Positions 40,601 to 50,068 of a DNA stretch of 64,000 nt are shown one piece after another. This DNA comes from Cytophagales bacterium (GTDB lineage Bacteria > Bacteroidota > Bacteroidia > Cytophagales > Microscillaceae): positions 210,492-274,491 of the forward strand of contig JANPJR010000030.1 in NCBI GenBank assembly GCA_031425615.1. The letters are read 5' to 3'. Every line of letters begins with the position of its first letter. Position 1 is the first letter of the stretch. The position numbers and the translations under genes are program-made. A model generated the notes under the pieces. It was not told where the DNA came from and did no database searches. It saw nothing but the letters and a program-made list of their open reading frames with translations.

Positions 40601-43188
40601 GTGCTTACAGTTGCAGAAGCAATAACAATTTTGCGAATACGATGATTTACCAAGTCTGCTACATATAGATTCCCATTCAAATCTGCATCTATACCTGATG
40701 GTCTGTTAAATTGCGCGGTTATCCCTATACCATTGGCATTACCCAATGTACTTCCTGCAAAAGTTGTAACACCATTTACAGAGTTTATCCTTCTAATTTT
40801 ATGGTTATTTTTGTCTGTAACATAAATTGTTCCATCTGGCATTACTACTAAATCAGATGGCTGGTTGAATAATGCCAATAAAGGATTGGTATTATCCAAA
40901 TATCCATTACCTGTAAGTTTGTCACCTGCAATAGTAACAACACTCGTAGTGGTAGGGTTTATTTTCCGTATGATGTGATTATTTTTATCTGCTACATAAA
41001 TATTACCCGCCAAATCTGTTGCAATACCGCTTGGTTTATCAAATAATGCTACATTTCCAAGCCCATCTGTTGAACCTGTTGTACCACAAGTTCCTGCCAA
41101 TACGGATACAACACCCGTCGCTACAATTACTTGACGAACAACATGGTTTAGTTCGTCTGCTACATACATTTTTGAGCCATCTGGCGAATATGCTACACTA
41201 ATATTTGCATCATTGGCAAAGTTAATAGTATTCCCAAAGTTGAATTGTGCCACATTTGCTGCACCATCCACACAACCAACTGTACCTGAACCCGCCAATG
41301 TACCAACTGTTACAGTAGCAGTCGTTACATTTTGAATTGTTACACTAATACTTGTCTGTGTGGTGCAACCTGCACCATCATTGTAAGTACAAGTAACAAT
41401 ATATGTACCCAATGTACTTGCGACCGCATCTATTACGCCTGTTGTGCTATTAATCACAAGCCCTGTGGTAGTAGAAGCATACGTTATAGTACCTGCTCCT
41501 GCTACAGGTGTAAATACAATAGTTGGACTTACATTACCAGATGACTTGCATATTGCATTCTTCGCAAGCGGGTCGCCATAGGATAAACGAGGTTGGGGGC
41601 ATGCTATTGCTCTATATAATTGGTTTGCAGTTGTTGCTCCATCATTGGCTGTAAAGTATAAATCAAAACCATTTTCTGTGATTTGCCCAAGTCTTTGCGA
41701 TATATAGTCTGTTTCAGGCACAGAGAGTTCTGCGCCACCTACTGCACCTGCCCCTCCAAAATTAAACACGAGGCTTGGGTTGATAACTGGGTCTGTGGCT
41801 AAAACAGGGGTTACTTGATTTTGGATTTGAAAAGGATTGTATTTGAATAAATTATATTGTACCCCTCCACTGTTTAAGGCAAAAACATATAAAGTCCCAT
41901 TTGCGATACCAAATTCTGTGGGGTCAGAACTTGTAACGCCCACAACCAAATCGCCCAAAAGCTTGGTTGTAGAGGCAGTACCTTCACTTATAAATAGTTC
42001 TCTCCCAACATCAGCACGCATTGCAGAAAAACAAATGGAATTTCCAACCACGGTCAAGCTATTTGGACTTGAACTTGCTACACCTGGGTTGATATCACTT
42101 ACTAAAACTGGGGCATTATTTCCCACTATTTTCCATAATTCTGTGCCATTTATTACATCTGTTGCGGATAAGTACAAAGCACCATTTAAAATAACAGGTT
42201 TAACTGTAGAAATAACAGAAACACCAACAGGAAAATTTATTTTGGTGGGTGCTGCAGTTGTGCCATCATGTTGAAATAAAAAAGTTCCCGTATTGTCTGT
42301 CGCAAAAAAATATGCACGATTGTTATAGTTGGTAAAAAATGTAGGGTTTGAACCAGCTAAAATACCTGGATTTATCTCAAAACTCATTTGTGCATTGGTA
42401 ACTGTGTTTACCACAAACATTTCTCTGTTCATTGCAGCATTGCCAACTCCTACATTGGCAGGCATAGAGGTGGCATCCGCTGAAAGATATAAATAATCTG
42501 TACCGCCTATAGTGATTTTTGTCAAGTCCTCTGGTACTGAATGTCCATTTGGGTTGATGTCCCAATATGAAGTTACTGTTTCATTGACGGTATTAACGCT
42601 AAATGCCCAAGGTATAGAAGTTGTTTGTAATGTATACAATTCAAAATCATTAGGGTTAGGTAAACCAGGCGATAATGCTAAAAACATTCTATTGCCTACA
42701 GTAGTCATATAGTAATTTTTTACGTTTCCTATAGCAGATGGTGTAGCCCCAATATAGATAAGGCGTGCATTTCCTATACCATTTGTCCTGTATATTCTTG
42801 GCGTACTGCTTACATCTGCAATAAAATAAGCAAAATTATTATATTCTGCAAAAAAACGAGGAGATGTGCCCTGAGAACCTGTTATAATATCTAAAATAAG
42901 TGAATTGGGAGGTGTTGAAGGAGATGGATACTTACCTGGTTCTATACCTGCACTACCATACCGCCCTTGAAAATATAAATTTGGAATAGTAGACAGTGTT
43001 GGTGGGGTAGTATAAGGCGTTTTCACACTCATCAAATACCTTGGTTTGCCATTTGAACTTGTATTGATATCTTGCCTTACAGGCGTTCTATGTTGTCCCA
43101 GTGCGTCCATCTGCCACACAAAAAGCCATAAAAAAATGACTTGCAAAAAACAGGTTAAAAATTTATAATGTATATATAATCTTTTCAT
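37621..43188 (-). CDS. T9SS-secreted giant surface protein with NHL repeats, Ig-like/PKD-like domains and type-B C-terminal sorting domain
   Basis: 1855 aa. Signal peptide. Repeated 'NH[IKR]IR[KRA]I' NHL blades ('NHVVRQV','NHIIRKI','NHKIRRI','NHRIRKI','NHIIRAI'). Many ~80-aa T/S/N-rich Ig-like repeats ('TV(T)VNPLP...'). C-terminal 'FSPNGDNNNDLL...' gliding-motility/T9SS type-B CTD. Confidence 0.85.
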   Translation of the reverse strand: MKRLYIHYKFLTCFLQVIFLWLFVWQMDALGQHRTPVRQDINTSSNGKPRYLMSVKTPYTTPPTLSTIPNLYFQGRYGSAGIEPGKYPSPSTPPNSLILDIITGSQGTSPRFFAEYNNFAYFIADVSSTPRIYRTNGIGNARLIYIGATPSAIGNVKNYYMTTVGNRMFLALSPGLPNPNDFELYTLQTTSIPWAFSVNTVNETVTSYWDINPNGHSVPEDLTKITIGGTDYLYLSADATSMPANVGVGNAAMNREMFVVNTVTNAQMSFEINPGILAGSNPTFFTNYNNRAYFFATDNTGTFLFQHDGTTAAPTKINFPVGVSVISTVKPVILNGALYLSATDVINGTELWKIVGNNAPVLVSDINPGVASSSPNSLTVVGNSICFSAMRADVGRELFISEGTASTTKLLGDLVVGVTSSDPTEFGIANGTLYVFALNSGGVQYNLFKYNPFQIQNQVTPVLATDPVINPSLVFNFGGAGAVGGAELSVPETDYISQRLGQITENGFDLYFTANDGATTANQLYRAIACPQPRLSYGDPLAKNAICKSSGNVSPTIVFTPVAGAGTITYASTTTGLVINSTTGVIDAVASTLGTYIVTCTYNDGAGCTTQTSISVTIQNVTTATVTVGTLAGSGTVGCVDGAANVAQFNFGNTINFANDANISVAYSPDGSKMYVADELNHVVRQVIVATGVVSVLAGTCGTTGSTDGLGNVALFDKPSGIATDLAGNIYVADKNNHIIRKINPTTTSVVTIAGDKLTGNGYLDNTNPLLALFNQPSDLVVMPDGTIYVTDKNNHKIRRINSVNGVTTFAGSTLGNANGIGITAQFNRPSGIDADLNGNLYVADLVNHRIRKIVIASATVSTYAGSTVGFTNGASASAQFTFPTDVVVGCAGIVYVADRSNHIIRAISADGTTVSTYAGTGTAGYVDNTASTSQFNLPAGIASDVTCKLVILDRNNGRIRNTIINNPAGDIAGGGTVCSGTNTGLLTISNYQGEPSTTRLLRWETSIDNGVTWTSIGNANSTTYTFNNLTQTTVFRVIVNEAVCGELASNLAIVRVDNPIAPVAPNVAVCGTNPVSNVSATITATGGFSGDFVWYDASNTIIAGQNNATLNVSISATTNYFVSIKRGNCESPKTAVTVTVNPAPTPVISGTNSLCVGATQTYSTPNVLGNSYLWTISGGNATIQSGQGTSSIVVLGGNAGGGTLTVQETTPQGCVVTTGLYNITINPLPTPAITSANAVICVGANGVYSTPNVVGNTYSWSSTGSPTITNGNTNSATLVWASSGNYVVTVQETITSTGCLITNTFNVTVNPLPNTDIIGNFNTCAGSTQTYQASTPPTGVTYIYTWTVNGGTINAGQNTSNLTVLWGDTPSGTEYVRVRIQVQGSACFAETPLPSNPSNMGFVTLNSLPDPIVTGSIAICANETTNYQTPNLPAGSTFVWTVLDGNGNDISASITGQGTNQISVTWGNAGTGKVSVKQTITATTCAKISNILNVTLNSFPAPPIAADRFRCGGAGNVNLVISTPDANLTYNWFNVATGGTSIATGVTVAQFVNTSPTDFWVEAVNANGCKSARTQMTVTLDPPNSQVQVSVAVAKADSCVASGNSPSGKITIALLNNPQNSPYTYAWTKVNDVSFNATTQSLTGLTQGIYNLIITDAGGCTTVVPPITIEEDLKQITDAQVSRDTTIARGSAIILTASATNAVKYMWVDTQTGQIVGSEADLNITPSQTTTYSVTITNGRNCSITKLVKVEVINVEVFVPNMFSPNGDNNNDLLKVYGKGIKNIKFQIYTRLGELVYETTEWVTTDAVVSGWDGSFGGKPLQNGNYVWSLSGEYINGAKIEYQGRTTGNVLLTR

Positions 43189-43427
43189 AATGCGTATATA
43201 TTTATGTTGTATTTTATATTGTTATTATATATCTTGTTTTTATTTTAAAAAATATGTGAAAATTTATACTTTTGTTTTTGTGTTTTTTTTTTAATACTTT
43301 CAAAAAACTAAAAGTAACAATACAGGACACATTTTAATTGTTTGTGAAATGTTTTATTTTATTGTTGTAATACTTAGCGTATAGTACAAATAACATGCTT
43401 TTTTTGGTATGCCTCCAAAATTATGGT

Positions 43428-44333
43428 TTAAAAACAATGATTCCGCTGTAAATTCCGTATGTCTGCAGTATCTTTTGCATAAAATTGAAGTGCTTTTTTT
43501 AGAAAACCACAAAATTCAACATTATTTTTAGGCGGATTTTTTTGGGCTAATTGTGCCAACGCCAAATAATGAAAATAATCCCCTAATTGGGCTTGTAATT
43601 CTTTTGTTTTTTCTGTTTTTGATTTTCCAGTTGTATTTTCCTCTCTTTTATTTTTTGCTATTGCTTCCAAAAAATCTGTTTCTGCCATTTCTGGTTGATA
43701 ACTTTTCAAATAACAATACCCTCTCCAAAAATAATCAGTATCTCGTCCTCTATTTTTAACCAAAAACTCATATTCTTCCAACGCCTTAAAATAATTGCTG
43801 TAAATACTCGCATAAATTTGCCCTTTGAACTCCCTTGCATCATAATTGTATGCGTCATATTCCAACGACATACCCACAAAACGTATTGCGTCAGGGATTT
43901 TTTTCGCTTCCAAACATTCTTTTGCTTTTGCAAAATGCACCCTACTTGTATATTTGTTCATGGCATATCCAAATCCAAACGTTAAAATTACCACAAAAAG
44001 CACTGTATAAATCGTGTATCTGGTTAAATTTTTGCGTTGTGTTGGGCTCAAAAAATTTGCAGGGTCGTAGCCATTTATATATGGTTCATACACAGGTGTA
44101 GGAGGAGGCGTGCTAAACACGTGTATTTTTTTATAAAAATCATACGCATAACGTGTATCTGGATTGATAAGAATATGGTATGCTTCGTTAATTTTTTTAA
44201 AAATTTCTTCCGCTTGTGGATTATTTGGGTTGCGGTCAGGATGATATTGCATTGCCAAACGCTTATAAGCTATTTTTAGCTCTGCATCTGTTGCTTGCGA
44301 AGATAAACCCAATATTTCGTACAAAGTAGGCAT
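43428..44333 (-). CDS. DnaJ (J-domain) membrane protein with TPR-like C-terminal region
   Basis: Start trimmed to '[35 protein letters not shown]' (J domain with HPD). One TM segment ('[17 protein letters not shown]'). Confidence 0.75.
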   Translation of the reverse strand: MPTLYEILGLSSQATDAELKIAYKRLAMQYHPDRNPNNPQAEEIFKKINEAYHILINPDTRYAYDFYKKIHVFSTPPPTPVYEPYINGYDPANFLSPTQRKNLTRYTIYTVLFVVILTFGFGYAMNKYTSRVHFAKAKECLEAKKIPDAIRFVGMSLEYDAYNYDAREFKGQIYASIYSNYFKALEEYEFLVKNRGRDTDYFWRGYCYLKSYQPEMAETDFLEAIAKNKREENTTGKSKTEKTKELQAQLGDYFHYLALAQLAQKNPPKNNVEFCGFLKKALQFYAKDTADIRNLQRNHCF

Positions 44334-45069
44334 TTTTTTAAATATAAACGCTAAAAACAAGCAACTAATGGTGTTGTGATGTGTAAAAAATTATAAAAGC
44401 AAAAATACATTTTTTTTCAATATTAATATCCTTTTTTATTTTTGAAAAAAAGATTTAAAATCCACAAAAAATCAAAAATTAAGCAAATAAATTTGGTACG
44501 ATTTTTTCGTGTGATTTATCATATCTTCTGATGTTAAGGTTTTTTTTATACGAAAAAATTTAGAAAAAAAGTATTTTTTTGTCATTTTTCGAGTTATTTT
44601 ATTTGATAAATTTATTTTTTTAAACAAAAATAACGAATTTTAATCATAATTAAAATGCAATAAATTTTATTTTTTAAAGTATTCAAAAAAACTAAAACTA
44701 TCATAAAAAATTGTGTTTTTAGAAAAAAGCAAGCGTATTTATAATTCACTAAGTTGTGTATTATATTTTTTTCAACAAATTTATAAAAACTAAGCACTTA
44801 AAAACTAAGAATTTGAAAAATAATAACTAACAGCTTACAAGTAATTACGGATTATTTTCTAAAAAATAAGGTTTAAACTGTTATAAAAGCATTTTTTTTT
44901 AAATATTTTTTGTACTTTTGTACAACAAAAACAACGTTTAATATAATATTTTACGATTAAAATAAACCGTTAAAACATAAAATTTTAAAAAAATTAGAAA
45001 AAAAACGACAAGATAAGGGCTTTTTTTAATTTTTTTGTGAGAAATAGATTTTTAAATAAATCATAAAAT

Positions 45070-47520
45070 ATGAAAAAAATCAAAAGAAATTCTGTTACCT
45101 TGTTTTCCTTTTATACAGGAATCTCGTGTTTAGCCACTACATTGCTGGGTATCAATTATGCAAGCGCACAGGTCATAAAAACAGAAACGCATAACAATGG
45201 CAAAACATATCTTGTGTACAAAATGCAATCAGGTGAATATGCCTCAGAAATTGCAAAGGATTTTAAAATCACACTCAAAGACCTTGCAGAAGCAAACCCA
45301 CAAAAGGATTTGAACAAATTAATTTTTGGAGAATCTTTGCTCATTCCACAAGAACCAAAACCACAAAATCAACCAAAAGACAATAACGAACAAGGTATTA
45401 CACGTGGTGAACAAGCAGAAGCTGAAACAGAAGCATTGTCAAACATAAAATATACTGCAAAAGAAAAGGAAAATATCTATGCAATTGCTAAAAAACATGG
45501 CACTACTGCGGTGAATTTGAGGGCTTGGAATCAACTCACATCTGACAAAATTACGCCTGGTCAAGAGCTTATTGTACGTATGGGTTCTAAAAAAAATAGC
45601 AAAAGAAATATAGAAAATAAAGGAATTGCTACCATACAAGCAAATGATGCCAAACGTAAACAAGTCAATACAATTGTTTCTAATAAAAGTCAGGGCAAAA
45701 CAAGGAGCGAGGGAGAAGAAACAGAGGAAAATGTAATCATTACCCAAAAAATAGATACTACTTACCAAGATGTAGTAAAGGAAATTTCACATACTATCAC
45801 AGCAGGTGAAACACTTGCCTCTATTGCAGGAGCATTTGAAACTACCCAAAGTGAAATACTAAAAGCCTCCAATTTGCCTGAAAATTATAAAATAAAAACA
45901 GGCGATGTCATCACTGTGCCTAAACATTCCAAAGAAATGATTATCAGTGAAAAAGACAATAACAACCTAACAGAAATCAAACCAACAGAACACAAAATAA
46001 AAAAAGGTGAAAATCTTGGCACAATTGCAGAAAATTATCATGTAAGTATCAAGGAATTACGTCAATGGAATAATATCCCAGAAAATAATGATAACATCAA
46101 ATTTGACCAAATACTCAAAATTTATCTCCCAAACCCTGAAATATACAGCGTAAAAAAAGGTGAAACTTGGGAAAAGATCGCCAAAAAATATGGTGTGAGT
46201 GAAAAACAAATTTTGGCTTGGAATAATATTTTGGAAGACGAAAATCCTACTGAAAAACAGGAAATTACAATTTATGAACCTGCATTTTTAGGTAAAAAAA
46301 TTGATGCAAAAAAATACAATACTACAACAGACGAAAAATCAAGTAACCCAAAACCAAACGCCAAAATCACTTATCACCACATTGAAGAAGGTGATAATTT
46401 TACCAAAATTCGCAACAAACACAACATCAGTAGCACAGAAATAAAGTTTTGGAATAATAGGAATTTCAATGATGACAATCTTGCAGTTGGGGATAGTCTA
46501 AAATTGTATTTGCCTATTAAACAAAATCACATTGTCAAAAAAGGGGAAACCGCACCACAAATCGCTATAAAATATGGCGTAAATACAAGCCAAATTCGTA
46601 TTTGGAATAACCTCAAACCAAAAAACGATAAGTTTGAATTTGACATAAAAGAAGGGCAAATATTGTTGATTTATGAGCCAACAGGCCCTGCTCCTACCAA
46701 AGAATATTTGGATAAAAAGAAAAAGCCAAACCAAGAATACGCAAACGATAACAAGCAACAAGCAAATAAAAATGCTAAAATAACAGAAAAAACAAACGAA
46801 ACCCAAAATAACACCAACAAGCAAGAAACTACACTCAAAACACATACCATTGGCTCAAAAGAAACTTTGTACCAAATATCAAAAATATACAATGTGTCAG
46901 TTGATGACCTCAAAAAATGGAACAATCTTAGCGACAATACTGTGCGTGAGGGTAACGTCCTAAATGTTTTTGTTGCCAATACCCAAAAAGTTGCGGTAAC
47001 CAAACAAAATCCAACAAGTGATAACAACAATACAAACCAAAAACAATTAAAAGACCCAACCCAAAACCCATTTTACAAACCATCTTCCTCTAACAAAATA
47101 GGTGATGGAAACCTCAAAGTAGAAACCCCAAATCCTGATGCTGACCCATTGGAACAACTCAGTGAAAGCAAAATATCAAGCGTAATAGGCGAAAAAAACA
47201 ACGACAACGAAATAAATAAAGAAACTGAAAACAATAACAACAATGCAGAAGTTTTGACTGTGCAAGGGCTTATGCAACAAAGCACTGATATTCGCAGTGA
47301 TGAACGTTATTCAGTATTGGTAAGGGCAGATAAAAAACATTTTACAAGTGTAGATATCACAGACACAAAAACAGGCATAACCATTACTGCCTCTATTGTG
47401 GGTGAAATAGAACACAAACTAAGCCCAAGTATTACATTGGAAGCAACCCCACAAATCATGCGTGCATTTGGATACGAAGTAGGTGATGTGCCAAGCGTAA
47501 AATTGGAATTTAGGAAATAA
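45070..47520 (+). CDS. secreted multi-LysM peptidoglycan-binding protein
   Basis: 816 aa with signal peptide and about 8 LysM modules ('HTITAGETLASIAG','HKIKKGENLGTIAENYHVSIKELRQWNNI','YSVKKGETWEKIAKKYGVSEKQILAWNNI', etc.) joined by N/K/Q-rich linkers. Confidence 0.85.
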   Translation: MKKIKRNSVTLFSFYTGISCLATTLLGINYASAQVIKTETHNNGKTYLVYKMQSGEYASEIAKDFKITLKDLAEANPQKDLNKLIFGESLLIPQEPKPQNQPKDNNEQGITRGEQAEAETEALSNIKYTAKEKENIYAIAKKHGTTAVNLRAWNQLTSDKITPGQELIVRMGSKKNSKRNIENKGIATIQANDAKRKQVNTIVSNKSQGKTRSEGEETEENVIITQKIDTTYQDVVKEISHTITAGETLASIAGAFETTQSEILKASNLPENYKIKTGDVITVPKHSKEMIISEKDNNNLTEIKPTEHKIKKGENLGTIAENYHVSIKELRQWNNIPENNDNIKFDQILKIYLPNPEIYSVKKGETWEKIAKKYGVSEKQILAWNNILEDENPTEKQEITIYEPAFLGKKIDAKKYNTTTDEKSSNPKPNAKITYHHIEEGDNFTKIRNKHNISSTEIKFWNNRNFNDDNLAVGDSLKLYLPIKQNHIVKKGETAPQIAIKYGVNTSQIRIWNNLKPKNDKFEFDIKEGQILLIYEPTGPAPTKEYLDKKKKPNQEYANDNKQQANKNAKITEKTNETQNNTNKQETTLKTHTIGSKETLYQISKIYNVSVDDLKKWNNLSDNTVREGNVLNVFVANTQKVAVTKQNPTSDNNNTNQKQLKDPTQNPFYKPSSSNKIGDGNLKVETPNPDADPLEQLSESKISSVIGEKNNDNEINKETENNNNNAEVLTVQGLMQQSTDIRSDERYSVLVRADKKHFTSVDITDTKTGITITASIVGEIEHKLSPSITLEATPQIMRAFGYEVGDVPSVKLEFRK

Positions 47521-47575
47521 CATAAGTTATCAGTTTTTCAGTTGTGAGTCTTTTAGTTTCGTAAAACCATAAAAC

Positions 47576-47612
47576 AAAAACAACCAAATACTATTTGTAT
47601 TTGGTTGTTTTT
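47576..47612. terminator. bidirectional terminator between LysM gene and tolC
   Basis: Stem 'aaaaacaaccaaat/atttggttgttttt'. Confidence 0.75.
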
Positions 47613-47643
47613 ATTTCCTAAAAACGCAGTAAATTATCAATTT

Positions 47644-49017
47644 TTAGTTTTTCACTCCCAACTTTCCAAGTGCTTTATCCAAATCTACTTTGGCAATAAT
47701 AGCATTGTACATAGCAGTAAAATACGCATTTTCTGCTTGTTTGAAAGTGTTTTCTGCATCAATAATATCAATATTTGTACCTGTGCCACCTCTAAATTTT
47801 GCTTGTGCAATGCGTGAAACTTCTTGTGCAAGTTCCATATTTTTCTTTTGAATATCCAAATCTTTTAGGCTATTATCAATATTATATTTGGCTTGTTCTA
47901 CTTGAAAATCTACGCTTTTCTTGAATATTTTTACATCTTCTTCCACCTTTGCCAAATCAATGCGTGATTTTTGGAGTGTTGCACTTCTTCTGCCACCATC
48001 ATACAAAGGAATATTAAGCGAAAGACCATAAAACGCATACGCAAAGTATTTTTGGCTAAATTTTGGTAAATCTGAAAACTGGTTTGAACCTGTATTTGCC
48101 CCATACGAAAAATTACCCCTAAGACTTGGATAATACAACGATTTGTTGTAGCGAATCGTCATTAATTGTGCTTCTTTGTTTGCTTGCAACAAGGCATATT
48201 CAGCACGTTGGGTAGCATCAACTTCTATATTTTGTATATTTTCTATACCCAAATTTACAGTACGAATATCCCCTTGCAAAATCAAAGAATCCATCACAGG
48301 CATTCCCATCTGGTATTTTAACAACTTTTTTGAAAAATCTTGCAACGCCAATATTTGTAATTTTTGGGTTTTCAAATTATTCAAAGTTACTTCCAAACGC
48401 AACAAATCAATCCTTTCTGCAAGTCCATTTTTTTGTAATTCTTGGGTATATTTAAACAATGTATCCACACGATAAACATTCGCTTCTATCAGTTTAAGCC
48501 TTTCATCATTTATCAAAACCGCATAAAAACCTTTGGTTACTTTTTCTGCAATATCTATTTTATTTTGGGCAATCACTTTTACAGAAAGGTCTTTGTACAC
48601 ACGTGCAGCTTTTAAGCCAATCAAATACGAGAAATCAAAAATTAATTGTTCCACATTGATAGACGCATTTGCGGTATATTTTGCCCCAAAAGCAAGTGCC
48701 AAAGGATTAGGTGAATTATTAAGTGGTGGTGTATTTCCTGGAAGAAGCGTTTTTTGAATTACGATATTATCCGTATAACCCGCCCTTGCATTAATTTGGG
48801 GCAACCCTGTTGCCAATGTTTGTTTGATGGTTTCTTCTGCGGAAAGTATATCCAAATTGTTTTTTTTCAATACTTCTGAATGTTGTATCGCATATTTGAT
48901 GCAATTCTCCAAATCATAACTTTCTATGCCTTGTGTATTGTCAATTTGTGCAAAAACAGAATTTTTTTGGACAAACAAAGCCAAAAAAATCATTAAAATA
49001 AAAAAAGAATGTTTCAT
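47644..49017 (-). CDS. TolC-family outer membrane efflux protein
   Basis: 457 aa with signal peptide and two OEP repeats. Confidence 0.85.
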   Translation of the reverse strand: MKHSFFILMIFLALFVQKNSVFAQIDNTQGIESYDLENCIKYAIQHSEVLKKNNLDILSAEETIKQTLATGLPQINARAGYTDNIVIQKTLLPGNTPPLNNSPNPLALAFGAKYTANASINVEQLIFDFSYLIGLKAARVYKDLSVKVIAQNKIDIAEKVTKGFYAVLINDERLKLIEANVYRVDTLFKYTQELQKNGLAERIDLLRLEVTLNNLKTQKLQILALQDFSKKLLKYQMGMPVMDSLILQGDIRTVNLGIENIQNIEVDATQRAEYALLQANKEAQLMTIRYNKSLYYPSLRGNFSYGANTGSNQFSDLPKFSQKYFAYAFYGLSLNIPLYDGGRRSATLQKSRIDLAKVEEDVKIFKKSVDFQVEQAKYNIDNSLKDLDIQKKNMELAQEVSRIAQAKFRGGTGTNIDIIDAENTFKQAENAYFTAMYNAIIAKVDLDKALGKLGVKN

Positions 49018-49030
49018 GGTAAAAGTTTAT

Positions 49031-49080
49031 TTAGTTTTTCAATATTTAACTTTTTCAGTATTTAGTTTTTCAGTTCAAGG
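49031..49080. repeat. 17-bp tandem repeat x3 abutting tolC start
   Basis: 'ttagtttttcaatattt / aactttttcagtattt / agtttttcagttcaagg'. Confidence 0.65.
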
Positions 49081-49089
49081 CTTTGAGCG

Positions 49090-49719
49090 TTAGGGGATTA
49101 TTTGAGGGTTAATGGCTTGTTTTATAAGTTCATTTCTATATATGTTATATTTTTCAAGTCCTTTTTCTGTGATAAGCCCTCGCAAAAAATGCGCAGTCAT
49201 CGTACTTATAACTTCTTTCATATCAAACATTTGTAAAGGCTCCAATAGTACTGCTACACCTTCAAAAGACGCAATACGCAAAGTCGCAATAATTTCCATA
49301 TTAAATTCTGTATGATACAAGCCCTCTGATACGCCTCTGTTTAAGTTTTGTAAAATCGCATTTTTTACAAATTGTTGGTGGTGTGCATGATGCAATTCCC
49401 ACACCTCAGGGTGATATTTGCGAAGGTCATGAATAAAACATGGATTTATTTGGCGAATTTCTTGTATTTTTAATTGCGTAATTTTTAATACTTCTTCAAC
49501 TGCATCTTTTGAAATTTGGTGTATATTTTCTATCATTTTTTTATCAAAATCAATCATATAATTGTGCAGTTTTTGTACCATTGCATTTTTATCTTCAAAA
49601 TATTGGTAAATGGTTTTTTTAGAAATGCCTATGCCCCTTGCAATATCGTCCATGCTCACGCTCCTCGTGCCATATTGCATAAATAAACTTTTGACGTGCA
49701 TCAAAATTTTTTCTTCCAT
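49090..49719 (-). CDS. TetR/AcrR-family transcriptional regulator
   Basis: 209 aa with N-terminal TetR HTH 'SMDDIARGIGISKKTIYQYF'. Lies directly upstream of tolC on the same strand. Confidence 0.85.
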   Translation of the reverse strand: MEEKILMHVKSLFMQYGTRSVSMDDIARGIGISKKTIYQYFEDKNAMVQKLHNYMIDFDKKMIENIHQISKDAVEEVLKITQLKIQEIRQINPCFIHDLRKYHPEVWELHHAHHQQFVKNAILQNLNRGVSEGLYHTEFNMEIIATLRIASFEGVAVLLEPLQMFDMKEVISTMTAHFLRGLITEKGLEKYNIYRNELIKQAINPQIIP

Positions 49720-49763
49720 AATAACGTGTTAGATTTTGTATGTGCAAATATATAGCAAGAAAA

Positions 49764-49799
49764 CTTAGGAAACTATAAAAAAGTTTAAAGTTTCCTAAG
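49764..49799. promoter_or_regulatory. candidate TetR operator (imperfect copy) in tetR-tolC promoter
   Basis: 'cttaggaaactataaaaaagtttaaagtttcctaag' has 11-bp perfect arms and lies 45-80 bp upstream of the tetR start. Confidence 0.5.
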
Positions 49800-50068
49800 T
49801 TTTTTAGATTTTTTTAGTTGTAATGGATAAATTTATGATTTTTTTTATAATTTATATGATTTTTTCCATATTATGACAAAAATTTGTTATATTTTCAAAA
49901 AATCCATACAAATTGATTTTTAATGTTTTACAAAAAACTATGCAAAAATTCTTATATTTGCGAGGTTTTTTTTATTTTCTTAATTTTTTTAACCTTCCTA
50001 AAACTACCTTTTTATAATTTTAAAGCTGTTAATTCCCCTTTGAGGGTTAGGAAGCTAATTCTACTTTT

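Noticed and set aside
44361-45069. 700-bp AT-rich spacer upstream of the LysM gene, with a 61-aa ORF at 44612-44797
   Set aside because: ORF is low-complexity and unsupported. The region is most likely a long promoter or leader. No repeat or structure noted beyond A/T tracts.
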